Shown: positions 8,910 to 16,744, counted from the stretch's first letter. The stretch is 46,809 nt of DNA from Candidatus Magasanikiibacteriota bacterium (GCA_016234265.1 JACRFW010000004.1:1-46809), one strand, 5' to 3'. Numbers and translations are program-made. Notes: generated by a model from the sequence alone, not told the origin.

Positions 8910-9581
8910 CTACCGTTCTAGGAGAAAATGAAAAGTATTAAAATACAAGGGGCGCAACAGCACCTTGTACAATAAAAAAACAAAAAAAGCGGAATGCCCA
9001 AACCTTTGTCTGATTTTTATTTCGCGGATATCACGAACAGTAAAACCAACGCTCGCGAGCATGCTCTTCGCGGCCGTATAAGTATAGTAATGCATGGCAA
9101 CCAACCGTTGGCGCCCCGCCGCCCCATCTTCTTTCTGCCTTCCGAATAGACGCAACAGACATTCAGCCCATGCACGCGGAAGCCAATTAATACCATACAT
9201 ATGGTAGTGGTAGTCATACCAACCAAAACGGTTATGAAAACTAATATATCCCTTGCCGCTCGGCTTTAAAACTCGGAAAATTTCTCGCGCCACTTGGCGG
9301 GGGTCATCAACATGTTCGGTCACTTCAGCACAATTCACAAAATCAAAATAAGCGTCGGGGAAAGGCAGCCGCTCTCCTTTTCCTTGGTGTACAGCAACAG
9401 TAAGCCCGCGCATCTGAGCACTTTCCCACGCTTCCATATTGTAAGCAGAATTTATTTCCAGGCCATAAACCATGAATCCCCGCTCGGCCATCTCGCACAA
9501 AAATTTACCCCGACCAGAACCAACATCTAGCACTTTTCCTGAGGGGGGGGCAAGTTGGGCGCAATAATCACAATGATTCAT
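8910..9581 (-). CDS. Class I SAM-dependent methyltransferase
   Basis: VLDVGSGRG, LPFPDAYFD, EHV and RVLKP. ATG 9581 lies just after the transaldolase stop. Confidence 0.88.
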   Translation of the reverse strand: MNHCDYCAQLAPPSGKVLDVGSGRGKFLCEMAERGFMVYGLEINSAYNMEAWESAQMRGLTVAVHQGKGERLPFPDAYFDFVNCAEVTEHVDDPRQVAREIFRVLKPSGKGYISFHNRFGWYDYHYHMYGINWLPRAWAECLLRLFGRQKEDGAAGRQRLVAMHYYTYTAAKSMLASVGFTVRDIREIKIRQRFGHSAFFVFLLYKVLLRPLYFNTFHFLLER

Positions 9582-9588
9582 AAACGAA

Positions 9589-10323
9589 CTAGGCCATCCA
9601 CCCCTTAAAATCACTCAGAAACTGCTGAACGACCTGGTCGGTCTTAAAATGCTTCACCATATCGGAAAAAAATTTTGGCGGCACCGTGGCAATATGCGCC
9701 CCGGCCAAAGCCGCGTCGCGAATATCTGCCACCGAACGAATACTGCCGATAATAATCTGAGTGGCGCTCTCTCCGCTATCAACTATTTGCCGCACTGATT
9801 GGGTGACAAACGCCGGGTCAAAATCTTTCGCGTCCAAAGCCTTCTTTTTCTTCAATTCTTCGCGCGCGGCCGCGGCCGATTCTTCCACTCCGCCGTCACG
9901 AATTCTGCCCCAAAATAAACTCACATAAGCCGCTCCAGCTTCAATGGCGAGCATTGCCTGGGATACAGTCATGCAGGCCGTACAGTTAACCGATACACCC
10001 GCCGCGCTTAACTGCCGGATCGTTTCCAGCTCGTTCCAACCGATTTGGACCTTAATGCTGATCGGCGGATAATTGAACCGCCTGACAAACTCCCTGGCTT
10101 GTTTCAAAATTTCTTCCGTGTCCCGGGAAAATACCTCCACGCTCAAGTGAATGCCCGGCCGATATTTTTTTATCAAAGCGATGATTTTTTCAATATGACC
10201 TTCAAAAGAACCTTTTGGTTCTTTTGAAAGCAATGATGGATTAGTGGTAATCCCCTGGATGAAACCGCGTTTTAATGCCGATTCAATGTCATCCAGGTGG
10301 GCGCTGTCAATAAATATCTTCAT
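9589..10323 (-). CDS. tal: Transaldolase (short TalC/FSA fold)
   Basis: MKIFIDSA, GITTNPS, Schiff-base Lys in ISIKV and VNCT. Glu in SVEV and Phe in SLFWGR fit transaldolase rather than fructose-6-phosphate aldolase. Confidence 0.85.
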   Translation of the reverse strand: MKIFIDSAHLDDIESALKRGFIQGITTNPSLLSKEPKGSFEGHIEKIIALIKKYRPGIHLSVEVFSRDTEEILKQAREFVRRFNYPPISIKVQIGWNELETIRQLSAAGVSVNCTACMTVSQAMLAIEAGAAYVSLFWGRIRDGGVEESAAAAREELKKKKALDAKDFDPAFVTQSVRQIVDSGESATQIIIGSIRSVADIRDAALAGAHIATVPPKFFSDMVKHFKTDQVVQQFLSDFKGWMA

Positions 10324-10365
10324 ACGCTTATTATAAAACTAAATAAGGCCTTTATAAGTGCTATT

Positions 10366-10394
10366 ATATTACCAAAAATAAAAAAACTGGTCAA
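10366..10394 (-). promoter_or_regulatory. Sigma70-type promoter upstream of transaldolase
   Basis: TTGACC-17 nt-TAATAT with a TG extension on the minus strand. Confidence 0.5.
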
Positions 10395-10421
10395 TCCTAT
10401 TTAGCCAGTTTCTTGATAATA

Positions 10422-10994
10422 TCACTCGCCTATAATGTCCAGGATAGCCGCCAGCTCTTCGGCGCGCCAATCGGAAGCAAGATCATTGTTGCGGCCGTCC
10501 GAAATGATAATTGACCGCGTCCCGGCCGCCCGAGCGGCTTCCAGATCACTCTTGGTATCACCCACCATATAGGATGACGGCAAATGGATACCCCACTTCT
10601 CCGCCGCCGTCAAAAGCATTCCGGGCAATGGCTTCTTGCAAAGGCACCCGTCGTTGCGGCCGTGGATACAGACATAAATATCGTCCAGAGGCAGATTCTT
10701 CACTTCGGCCATTATTTTCTCATGTTCCTCCGGTGGCATGGTGCCATAGGTGATATCCGGCTGATTAGTGACCAGGATACGCAACCACCCGCGCTCTCCC
10801 AGCGCTTCTAACACCTCAACGATGCCCGGTTTAAAACGGAATTCGTTGTAATTGAACGGGGCCGTCCAGCGGACTTTTTTACCCTGAACGAAAAAATCTT
10901 CGCCGCGATCAACGACATCATTCAACACGCCGTCGCGATCAAGAAATATAGCTCGTTTCCCGGTAGCCGGAATTTTTGGACTGTTGATAGTCAT
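10422..10994 (-). CDS. gmhB: D,D-heptose 1,7-bisphosphate phosphatase (HAD-IIIA)
   Basis: AIFLDRDGV, VTNQ, CxH..CxCKKPxPGM and MVGD..SD; adjacent to gmhA. Confidence 0.88.
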   Translation of the reverse strand: MTINSPKIPATGKRAIFLDRDGVLNDVVDRGEDFFVQGKKVRWTAPFNYNEFRFKPGIVEVLEALGERGWLRILVTNQPDITYGTMPPEEHEKIMAEVKNLPLDDIYVCIHGRNDGCLCKKPLPGMLLTAAEKWGIHLPSSYMVGDTKSDLEAARAAGTRSIIISDGRNNDLASDWRAEELAAILDIIGE

Positions 10995-11607
10995 ATATCT
11001 TTTGTTTAAGGCCAAAAATAATCAGATGGTGCAGGACCACATGCATCCCCTCCACGATCGGGGTGGAGTTGGCCGGAACGACAATGCCAATATCCACCAG
11101 GTCTTTCATCGGTCCGCCGTCAAAGCCCGACAGGCCGATAGTTTTGCCCCCGCTATCTTTTATAAATTGCAAACCCTTCATCAGATTTTGCGACCACTGC
11201 CCGGCCTTGTCCTGCCCGCTGCCACCATGAACGCTAACAGCTATACCGACACCGCCTTCAACGTACAGCGTGGAAAGCTGATGAACATAGATGTTATCCC
11301 AGCCCCAGTCATTTACCAAAGCTGTAACAAGGGGAATATTGTCCAAAAGGGTCATGGCTTTGATGCCTCTATCTTGCGGCGCGGCGCAAATGGTTTTGGT
11401 TAGATCGGCTACCAGGTGCGTAGCCGTAGCGGCTGACCCGCCATTTCCCATGACATACACCCAACGGCCATCCTTCCAAGCTTCAAAAAGTAGCTCAATC
11501 GCTTGATCCAACTTTTGGCTATAAACTACCTTAATGGCAGTAGCGACTTCCTGTACCTCTCCCAAAAATGTGGCCGCAAAAGACTGACGCGGTTGTAATT
11601 CTTCCAT
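10939..11607 (-). CDS. gmhA: SIS-domain phosphoheptose isomerase-like protein
   Basis: GNGGSAA..H, ALVND, LSGFDGG and VEGMH. It has an atypical SVHGGSG..WSQN insertion. Confidence 0.8.
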   Translation of the reverse strand: MEELQPRQSFAATFLGEVQEVATAIKVVYSQKLDQAIELLFEAWKDGRWVYVMGNGGSAATATHLVADLTKTICAAPQDRGIKAMTLLDNIPLVTALVNDWGWDNIYVHQLSTLYVEGGVGIAVSVHGGSGQDKAGQWSQNLMKGLQFIKDSGGKTIGLSGFDGGPMKDLVDIGIVVPANSTPIVEGMHVVLHHLIIFGLKQKIYDYQQSKNSGYRETSYIS

Positions 11608-11611
11608 ACTA

Positions 11612-12133
11612 TTAATCAAAAGTAACTAACGAATGAATAGTACACCCTCTTAAACGTTCCCTTCCAGCCATAGGAGTCATTTCAACAATAAATGATAACC
11701 CAACAATTTCTCCACCCAATTTTTTTACTAGCTTCACCGCTGCGGCCATGGTTCCGCCAGTCGCCAACGTATCGTCAACAATTATAACCCGTTGCCCGGG
11801 AGTAATAGCGCCCTCCTGCATCTCAATAATTTGGGCGGCGTATTCATAACTATACTCCTGCATGACCGTTGGAGGCGGCAACTTATTCTTTTTCCGAATC
11901 ATCGCCATGCCAACGCCCAATCGGTAGGCCAAGGCGGACGCTATGACAAACCCTCTGGCTTCAATGCCGACCACCAGATCAATCTTTTGTCCTTGATAAG
12001 GCTGCGCCAACTGTTCAATAATTTCCTTAAACATGGCGGCGTCTTTCAGGAGCGGAGCGATGTCGTAACAAACTATTCCCGGTCGCGGCCAATCATTAAT
12101 CTGGACAATTTTTTGTTTCAAATTTTCCCACAT
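11612..12133 (-). CDS. apt: Adenine phosphoribosyltransferase
   Basis: DWPRPGI..DI, GIEARGF, IRKKNKLP, EY and the PRPP-binding IVDDTLATGGT. Confidence 0.92.
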   Translation of the reverse strand: MWENLKQKIVQINDWPRPGIVCYDIAPLLKDAAMFKEIIEQLAQPYQGQKIDLVVGIEARGFVIASALAYRLGVGMAMIRKKNKLPPPTVMQEYSYEYAAQIIEMQEGAITPGQRVIIVDDTLATGGTMAAAVKLVKKLGGEIVGLSFIVEMTPMAGRERLRGCTIHSLVTFD

Positions 12134-12163
12134 ACCTATAAAAACACCACTAATCTTTCGTAA

Positions 12164-12192
12164 ATCCTATCATCAAACAGGTCAAGCGTCAA
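12164..12192 (-). promoter_or_regulatory. Sigma70-type promoter for apt-gmhA-gmhB
   Basis: TTGACG-17 nt-TAGGAT with a TGn extension, 30 nt upstream of the apt ATG. Confidence 0.6.
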
Positions 12193-12307
12193 GATTGCGC
12201 TATTCACTAACCCAAAACTATTTTGGGACACTGTACAGCGGGGGTGACCAGTCCCCAGTAGGTCGTTTTCTCCTTTGTTGTCTCTTGCTAGGTAACTCGT
12301 AGCGGTG

Positions 12308-13240
12308 CTAGACGCCGGGGAGCGCCGTGCCCTCCAGGACGAACGTCGCCTTGAGCCGCTCGAAGAGCCAGTCCACGAGCTCGGGGGCGCCGGCGATGAA
12401 GCCGAGGCCCCCCTCGGTGGTGCGGTTGCTCCGGTGGTAGCTCGCGAGGTCGGGCTCGGCGAGGGCGGCGATGGTGCCGTTGCGGTAGTGGTAGTACTGG
12501 ACCGTGCCGCCGGCCGCCCGGATGATCTCGGCCGAGGCCCAGTCCCACGGCCACTGGTGCGGCTGGACGATGGCCTCGGCGCGACCGGCCGCGACCAGGG
12601 CCACGCCGAGGCCGCAGGAGCCGGCCGTCACGACCGTCTCCACCGCGTTGGCGACACGGTTCCCGAACCGCATGAACTGCGGCCGCTTGAGCACGTCCAC
12701 CCCGAAGAGCACGGTGGACTTCTGGCGGGGGCGCTCCACTACGCGGACGGGCTGGAACCCGCTGCCCGGTACGCCATCACGCAGAAATACACCATCTCCT
12801 TTCGCGCCGAGCACCAGGAAACCACCACGAACGTCTGGGGCGCAGATCGCCCCGCCCTGGTGCTCGCCGTTCTCCACCCGGTTCAGGACGACGCTCCAGT
12901 CCCAGCGCCCGCGGTAGGCGCCGGCGGTGCCGTCCACCGCGTCCACGATGAGCACCTCCCCGGGCCCCTTGACCAGGGCGAGGTTGTCGTTCTTGATGAG
13001 ATCCGGTCCCTTGCACTCCTCCTCCGCGATGAAGTACGCCCCGGGGAAGCGGCTCCGGAGCTGGTCCAGAAGGAACGTCTGGCTCTCCTCGTCGGCCTCC
13101 GTGCCGATGGAGTGGTGGCTGCCGCCGGGCTGTCCCTCCTTCACGGTGACCTTGACCCCGCGCGCCATGGCGTCCTTGACCAGGCCTCCGGCGACGGTGA
13201 CGGCGATCGCGAGCTGCTGCAACTTCCAAGAAAAGGGCAT
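12308..13240 (-). CDS. Inositol monophosphatase (FIG/SuhB/CysQ)-family phosphatase, GC-rich gene
   Basis: IAEEE, IVDAVDGT, GS..L..VAAGR and PWD..IIRAAGG. AAGGAG SD lies 7 nt before ATG 13240. Third codon positions are mostly G/C. Confidence 0.85.
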   Translation of the reverse strand: MPFSWKLQQLAIAVTVAGGLVKDAMARGVKVTVKEGQPGGSHHSIGTEADEESQTFLLDQLRSRFPGAYFIAEEECKGPDLIKNDNLALVKGPGEVLIVDAVDGTAGAYRGRWDWSVVLNRVENGEHQGGAICAPDVRGGFLVLGAKGDGVFLRDGVPGSGFQPVRVVERPRQKSTVLFGVDVLKRPQFMRFGNRVANAVETVVTAGSCGLGVALVAAGRAEAIVQPHQWPWDWASAEIIRAAGGTVQYYHYRNGTIAALAEPDLASYHRSNRTTEGGLGFIAGAPELVDWLFERLKATFVLEGTALPGV

Positions 13241-13270
13241 GTGCCTGCTCCTTGTGTGGGTGTGCTCCAG

Positions 13271-13324
13271 TGCACAACACCCCTGCTGCTTCAAAATATT
13301 TTAAGACAACAGGAGTGCTGTGCA
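13271..13324 (-). other. Long RNA hairpin in the 5' leader of the IMPase gene
   Basis: Minus strand TGCACAGCACTCCTGTTG..CAGCAGGGGTGTTGTGCA gives 18 consecutive pairs; the three non-Watson-Crick pairs are all G-U on this strand. Confidence 0.65.
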
Positions 13325-13349
13325 AAGACTACGTTGAAAAGAACTTAAG

Positions 13350-13373
13350 GCAAAAATATTTATATATTTTTGC
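13350..13373. repeat. Perfect 10-bp inverted repeat (operator-like or small hairpin)
   Basis: GCAAAAATAT-TTAT-ATATTTTTGC. Confidence 0.6.
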
Positions 13374-13482
13374 TCGTCGCTAGCCTTATTTTACAATCAG
13401 ACTACTGACGAACAGAGGGTGGCCAGCCCTCCGGTTTGAAATCCGACAGGAGTCGGATGGCCGTTGTACTTCGCGCCCACTC

Positions 13483-13560
13483 CTAGGCGCCGAGGTTGGC
13501 GAGGAGCGCCGCGACGTTGATCTCCCGCCAGTCCATGAACAGCCGGCAGACACCGGCCAC
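13483..13560 (-). CDS. Possible 25-aa small ORF or gene remnant
   Basis: AGGAGG overlaps the upstream stop, followed by 5 nt and GTG; reads MAGVCRLFMDWREINVAALLANLGA* with GC-rich third positions like its neighbours. Confidence 0.3.
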   Translation of the reverse strand: MAGVCRLFMDWREINVAALLANLGA

Positions 13561-13569
13561 GGTCGCCTC

Positions 13570-14406
13570 CTACCGCCCTAGCAGGTGACCCAGCGTGTCC
13601 TCGTGCGGCCACGGGAGCGTGATCGGCGTGCCCTCCATCAGGGCCAGGTACTCCGTCCCGCCCCAGTTATTGAGGATGGGTATGAAGCACGCGTACACCA
13701 CCCGCCCCTTGATGAACTTGACGTTGATCTGGAAGTCGGGCGGCAGGCCCTGCGAACTCGTGAACTTCTCGGCGAACATCCGGATGATACGCTGGAGCAC
13801 GCCCGCCAGAGACTCGGCCGCGCTCTGGTCGAACGGACGCCCCTCGAGCGGAACGATGAAGCACTGCCCCGCCCGGTGCCCGCCGACCACTACTCGGAAC
13901 CCCTCCAGCTCGAAAAGCACGAGCAGCGACGAGGCGAAGTGACCGGCCACATCACGCTCTGGCCTCGAGAGGATGCGCTGGGCCGGCTCGAGCAGGTGGT
14001 AGTGCAGATGAGTGACGTTCTGCCCCGCCGTGGCCCCGACGTACACGTTGAGCCAGCGCTCACCAGCGATTGGAGCGAGGATGTCGCTCACGATCCGAAG
14101 AGCCACGGTGATCTTGTTCAACCCTCCCAGCGTCCGAAGATCCTCCTTCGACCAACAGGTCATCGGCATGATAAGCAGGTGGTTGTGGTACGGGGTGAAC
14201 TGGTTGGTGATCACCCGCCACCCGCCTTCTTCCTGGTAAAACCGAATCAGGCGCCCTTCCAGAGACTCTTCGTCTTCGAAGGGACACCTACCCGGGTTGA
14301 CGATGATGTCGGACTGCCAGGAGCGGTCGAGCTTGACACCGCGCCTGGTGCCGCCAGACATGGTCGGGATGCCACCGGGAAGCACTTCCAGGGAAAATTC
14401 CGACAT
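13570..14406 (-). CDS. HIT/GalT-superfamily nucleotidyl hydrolase/transferase, GC-rich gene
   Basis: GalT-like CPF and NQFTPY..HLLIMP, plus the histidine triad AGQNVTHLHYHLL. GAAGGAG SD precedes the ATG. Confidence 0.75.
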   Translation of the reverse strand: MSEFSLEVLPGGIPTMSGGTRRGVKLDRSWQSDIIVNPGRCPFEDEESLEGRLIRFYQEEGGWRVITNQFTPYHNHLLIMPMTCWSKEDLRTLGGLNKITVALRIVSDILAPIAGERWLNVYVGATAGQNVTHLHYHLLEPAQRILSRPERDVAGHFASSLLVLFELEGFRVVVGGHRAGQCFIVPLEGRPFDQSAAESLAGVLQRIIRMFAEKFTSSQGLPPDFQINVKFIKGRVVYACFIPILNNWGGTEYLALMEGTPITLPWPHEDTLGHLLGR

Positions 14407-14473
14407 GGGTTCTCTCCTTCGGCTAAGGTAGTCAGGCTGGTCTTTCCCACCTCTCTAATGGGAAGAACAAAGC

Positions 14474-14502
14474 ATCTTACTACAAAAGAACCGCCACGTC
14501 AA
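14474..14502 (-). promoter_or_regulatory. Sigma70-type promoter for the HIT/GalT gene
   Basis: TTGACG-17 nt-TAAGAT, followed by a leader hairpin at 14441..14466. Confidence 0.6.
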
Positions 14503-14543
14503 GAAGCTGTGCTAGAAGTGTCAACAGGAAGTTAAAATGTCAG

Positions 14544-14572
14544 TTTACAGAAAACCCTAATTTTGATATACT
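14544..14572 (+). promoter_or_regulatory. Sigma70-type promoter reading into the tRNA-like remnant and the AT-rich membrane gene
   Basis: TTTACA-17 nt-TATACT with a TGn extension. Confidence 0.6.
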
Positions 14573-14618
14573 TCCTCCAACATTTTGGAATAAATCAAAA
14601 ACTAATTTTGGGTCGGGA

Positions 14619-14650
14619 AAGTCGCTGGTTTGAGTCCAGTCCGACCAGCC
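14619..14650 (+). pseudogene. Degenerate tRNA 3' fragment (T-arm plus acceptor 3' strand), tRNA-Asp-like
   Basis: AAGTC-GCTGG-TTTGAGT-CCAGT-CCGACCA-G-CC parallels tRNA-Asp GGTC-GCGGG-TTCGAGT-CCCGT-CCGTTCC-G-CCA. No D-arm or anticodon arm lies upstream. Confidence 0.6.
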
Positions 14651-14672
14651 TGAGTACATAATCCATAAAAGC

Positions 14673-15602
14673 ATGAAAAAATATTTTTTAATCTTATTTT
14701 CAATTTCAATTTTAATGGGTGGAATGTTTTATTATTTCGTAGAATTACCTCGTAGATTTGAACAAAAGACGTATTTCCATAATTTTGTAACAAATAATTA
14801 TGAACAGAGCCCTGAATTGCGGAACAATGATCTAAATAAGAGAATTTTAGTTCCACTTTTGTTGAATCATCCAATAAATTTTTTAACAAAATTTGTTGGC
14901 TACCATCGGGCATTTGAAGGTATCTTCTTAATTTTTGATATCTTTTCTTCTTTTCTTTTTACTTTTTCATTATTTCTCCTCTGTTCAATATGGTTCCCAT
15001 CAGAAAAATGTTTTACCATAATACTTTTTTCTAGTCTTTTATTTATTTTCACCTTTAAATCATTTGTTGCAGCTCCGTGGGATTTAATTCAACCCGGATT
15101 ATTTGCTTTAGGACTGTACCTCATCTATAAAGAAAAATTATTTTGGTTCTTAATTGTTCTTATAATTTCCACCATAAATCGAAGCACAAGCATTTTTTTA
15201 CCTATAGTTTTTTTACTATATAATTTTAGAAAACAATGGTTAAAGACATTCATTGTCTTTCTAACTTTTGGTATAGTAATTCTTTTTCTCACTTGGTTAA
15301 AGGGAAAAACAACGCTAGTTTCACCGTTTCAAACGATTATATCTAATCTCCGTTCACCCTTTAATTTAATTAATGGAATTTTAGATGTTACCATAATGGT
15401 TTTTCCTTGTTTGGTCATTTATTTCCAAAAATCTGGAAATAAACTACCCCCTTTTTTGAAAATTTGTATTTTAACATTACCGCTGTGGGCTTTCTTATTC
15501 ATCTTTTTTAAAAGATACACTGAAATAAGTTTTTTACCACAAATCTTTCCATTTTTTATTCCCAGTCTTTTTTATTTGTCTAAAATCGGTATACAAAAAT
15601 AA
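14673..15602 (+). CDS. AT-rich polytopic membrane protein, possibly GT-C-like
   Basis: About 8 hydrophobic stretches with PWD and STINRST loop motifs. It lies on the opposite strand and has much lower GC than its neighbours. Confidence 0.7.
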   Translation: MKKYFLILFSISILMGGMFYYFVELPRRFEQKTYFHNFVTNNYEQSPELRNNDLNKRILVPLLLNHPINFLTKFVGYHRAFEGIFLIFDIFSSFLFTFSLFLLCSIWFPSEKCFTIILFSSLLFIFTFKSFVAAPWDLIQPGLFALGLYLIYKEKLFWFLIVLIISTINRSTSIFLPIVFLLYNFRKQWLKTFIVFLTFGIVILFLTWLKGKTTLVSPFQTIISNLRSPFNLINGILDVTIMVFPCLVIYFQKSGNKLPPFLKICILTLPLWAFLFIFFKRYTEISFLPQIFPFFIPSLFYLSKIGIQK

Positions 15603-15621
15603 TACTTTGTTAAGTTACTTT

Positions 15622-16737
15622 CTACTTACCGGTCTTCAATATTCCATCTCTTGCCATTTCATTATAGGTCTTCTCCAAAGCCTCTTTCAACCCATTAAAT
15701 TGGCGCACCCACTGTAAATAATCCTTCACCGCATCCCGTACTGTATATTTTGGCTCCCAGCCGAGCCCACGAAGCTTATCAATATTCATTGGCGTATACC
15801 GAATATTGCCCACCCGATAGCGATTATTGAACGACGGATTGAAAGGTACCCCGGATTCTTCAGCCACCATTTTCGCCAAATCAATAACGCGAATGCTCTT
15901 ACCTATTCCCACATTAAAACATTCAAAATCGGCGCGATGATCGGTAAGCACAGTTAGGTGCGCATGAGCAATATCCCGCACATGCACGAAATCATGGGTC
16001 TGACCGCCATCCTCATTCATCTGAATTGATTGGTTGTTGAGGACGTCCACGGCAAACGAGCGCAGCGCCCCAGAATAAAAATGCCGGAATGACTGGCGCG
16101 GCCCGAGCACGATACTATAACGCAAGGCGACACTGGGAACGCCATACTGCCGCCCTAGATTAAACAAAAACTTCTCGGATGCAAGCTTAGAAATACCGTA
16201 TGGTATCTGGGGACTCGGCTCATCACTTTCTGTTTCTGGCAAGGCAACGATGGGCTTATGGCACTCTGGACAAGTTACTTCCCACTGCCGGGCCGCTAGC
16301 TGAACTTCGCTCCGCATCGGTGGATACACAATGCCGTGCGTTTCACACTGATATTTCCCTTGCCCATACACTGATTGTGACGAAGCAGCCACAATTTTCT
16401 GGATCGGCAATTTCTCTTCCACAATTAGCTCGAACAACAGAGCCACACTTTCAATATTAGTACGAATGTAAGTACTAAAATCCAAATGATAGTCCATATA
16501 CGAAGCTAGGTGTACCACGCCGTTGATACCCCGGAGCGCCTTACGCCAGTCTTCTTTGCTCCGCACATCACCCTGCACAAACTCCGCCTTTTTATTCACC
16601 CATTCCGGTAGTGCGCCATTATGTGTTGGTGGCCCCAAATTATCAAGTATGCGCACCTTGAAACCAACCAACAAAAGTTCGTCGACCACGTGTGAACCGA
16701 TAAAGCCAGCACCACCAGTAACCAGAATGTGTTTCAT
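15622..16737 (-). CDS. NAD-dependent sugar epimerase/dehydratase (WbiB-like, with a Cys/His insert)
   Basis: VTGGAGFIG, ASSQSVYG and YGISK, with the insert YQCETHG..CPECH. Confidence 0.88.
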   Translation of the reverse strand: MKHILVTGGAGFIGSHVVDELLLVGFKVRILDNLGPPTHNGALPEWVNKKAEFVQGDVRSKEDWRKALRGINGVVHLASYMDYHLDFSTYIRTNIESVALLFELIVEEKLPIQKIVAASSQSVYGQGKYQCETHGIVYPPMRSEVQLAARQWEVTCPECHKPIVALPETESDEPSPQIPYGISKLASEKFLFNLGRQYGVPSVALRYSIVLGPRQSFRHFYSGALRSFAVDVLNNQSIQMNEDGGQTHDFVHVRDIAHAHLTVLTDHRADFECFNVGIGKSIRVIDLAKMVAEESGVPFNPSFNNRYRVGNIRYTPMNIDKLRGLGWEPKYTVRDAVKDYLQWVRQFNGLKEALEKTYNEMARDGILKTGK

Positions 16738-16744
16738 ATACTAT

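Noticed and set aside
12264-12275. Orphan AAGGAG followed by ACG, as a decayed gene start after the IMPase
   Set aside because: Spacing is only 3 nt, there is no valid start codon and the downstream frame is short.
12305-13348. 347-aa plus-strand ORF and other overlapping ORFs
   Set aside because: Antisense or alternate-frame shadows of the GC-rich IMPase gene; stops are rare at high GC and no motifs are recognisable.
13585-14535. 316-aa plus-strand ORF
   Set aside because: Antisense shadow of the HIT/GalT gene, which has the motifs, SD and promoter.
14580-14650. Intact tRNA gene
   Set aside because: No D-arm or anticodon arm could be folded, the T-loop reads TTT rather than TTC, and there is no CCA; kept only as a remnant.
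14602-14913. 103-aa minus-strand ORF
   Set aside because: Antisense to the membrane gene; its tail GRTGLKPATF is simply the reverse translation of the tRNA-like fragment.
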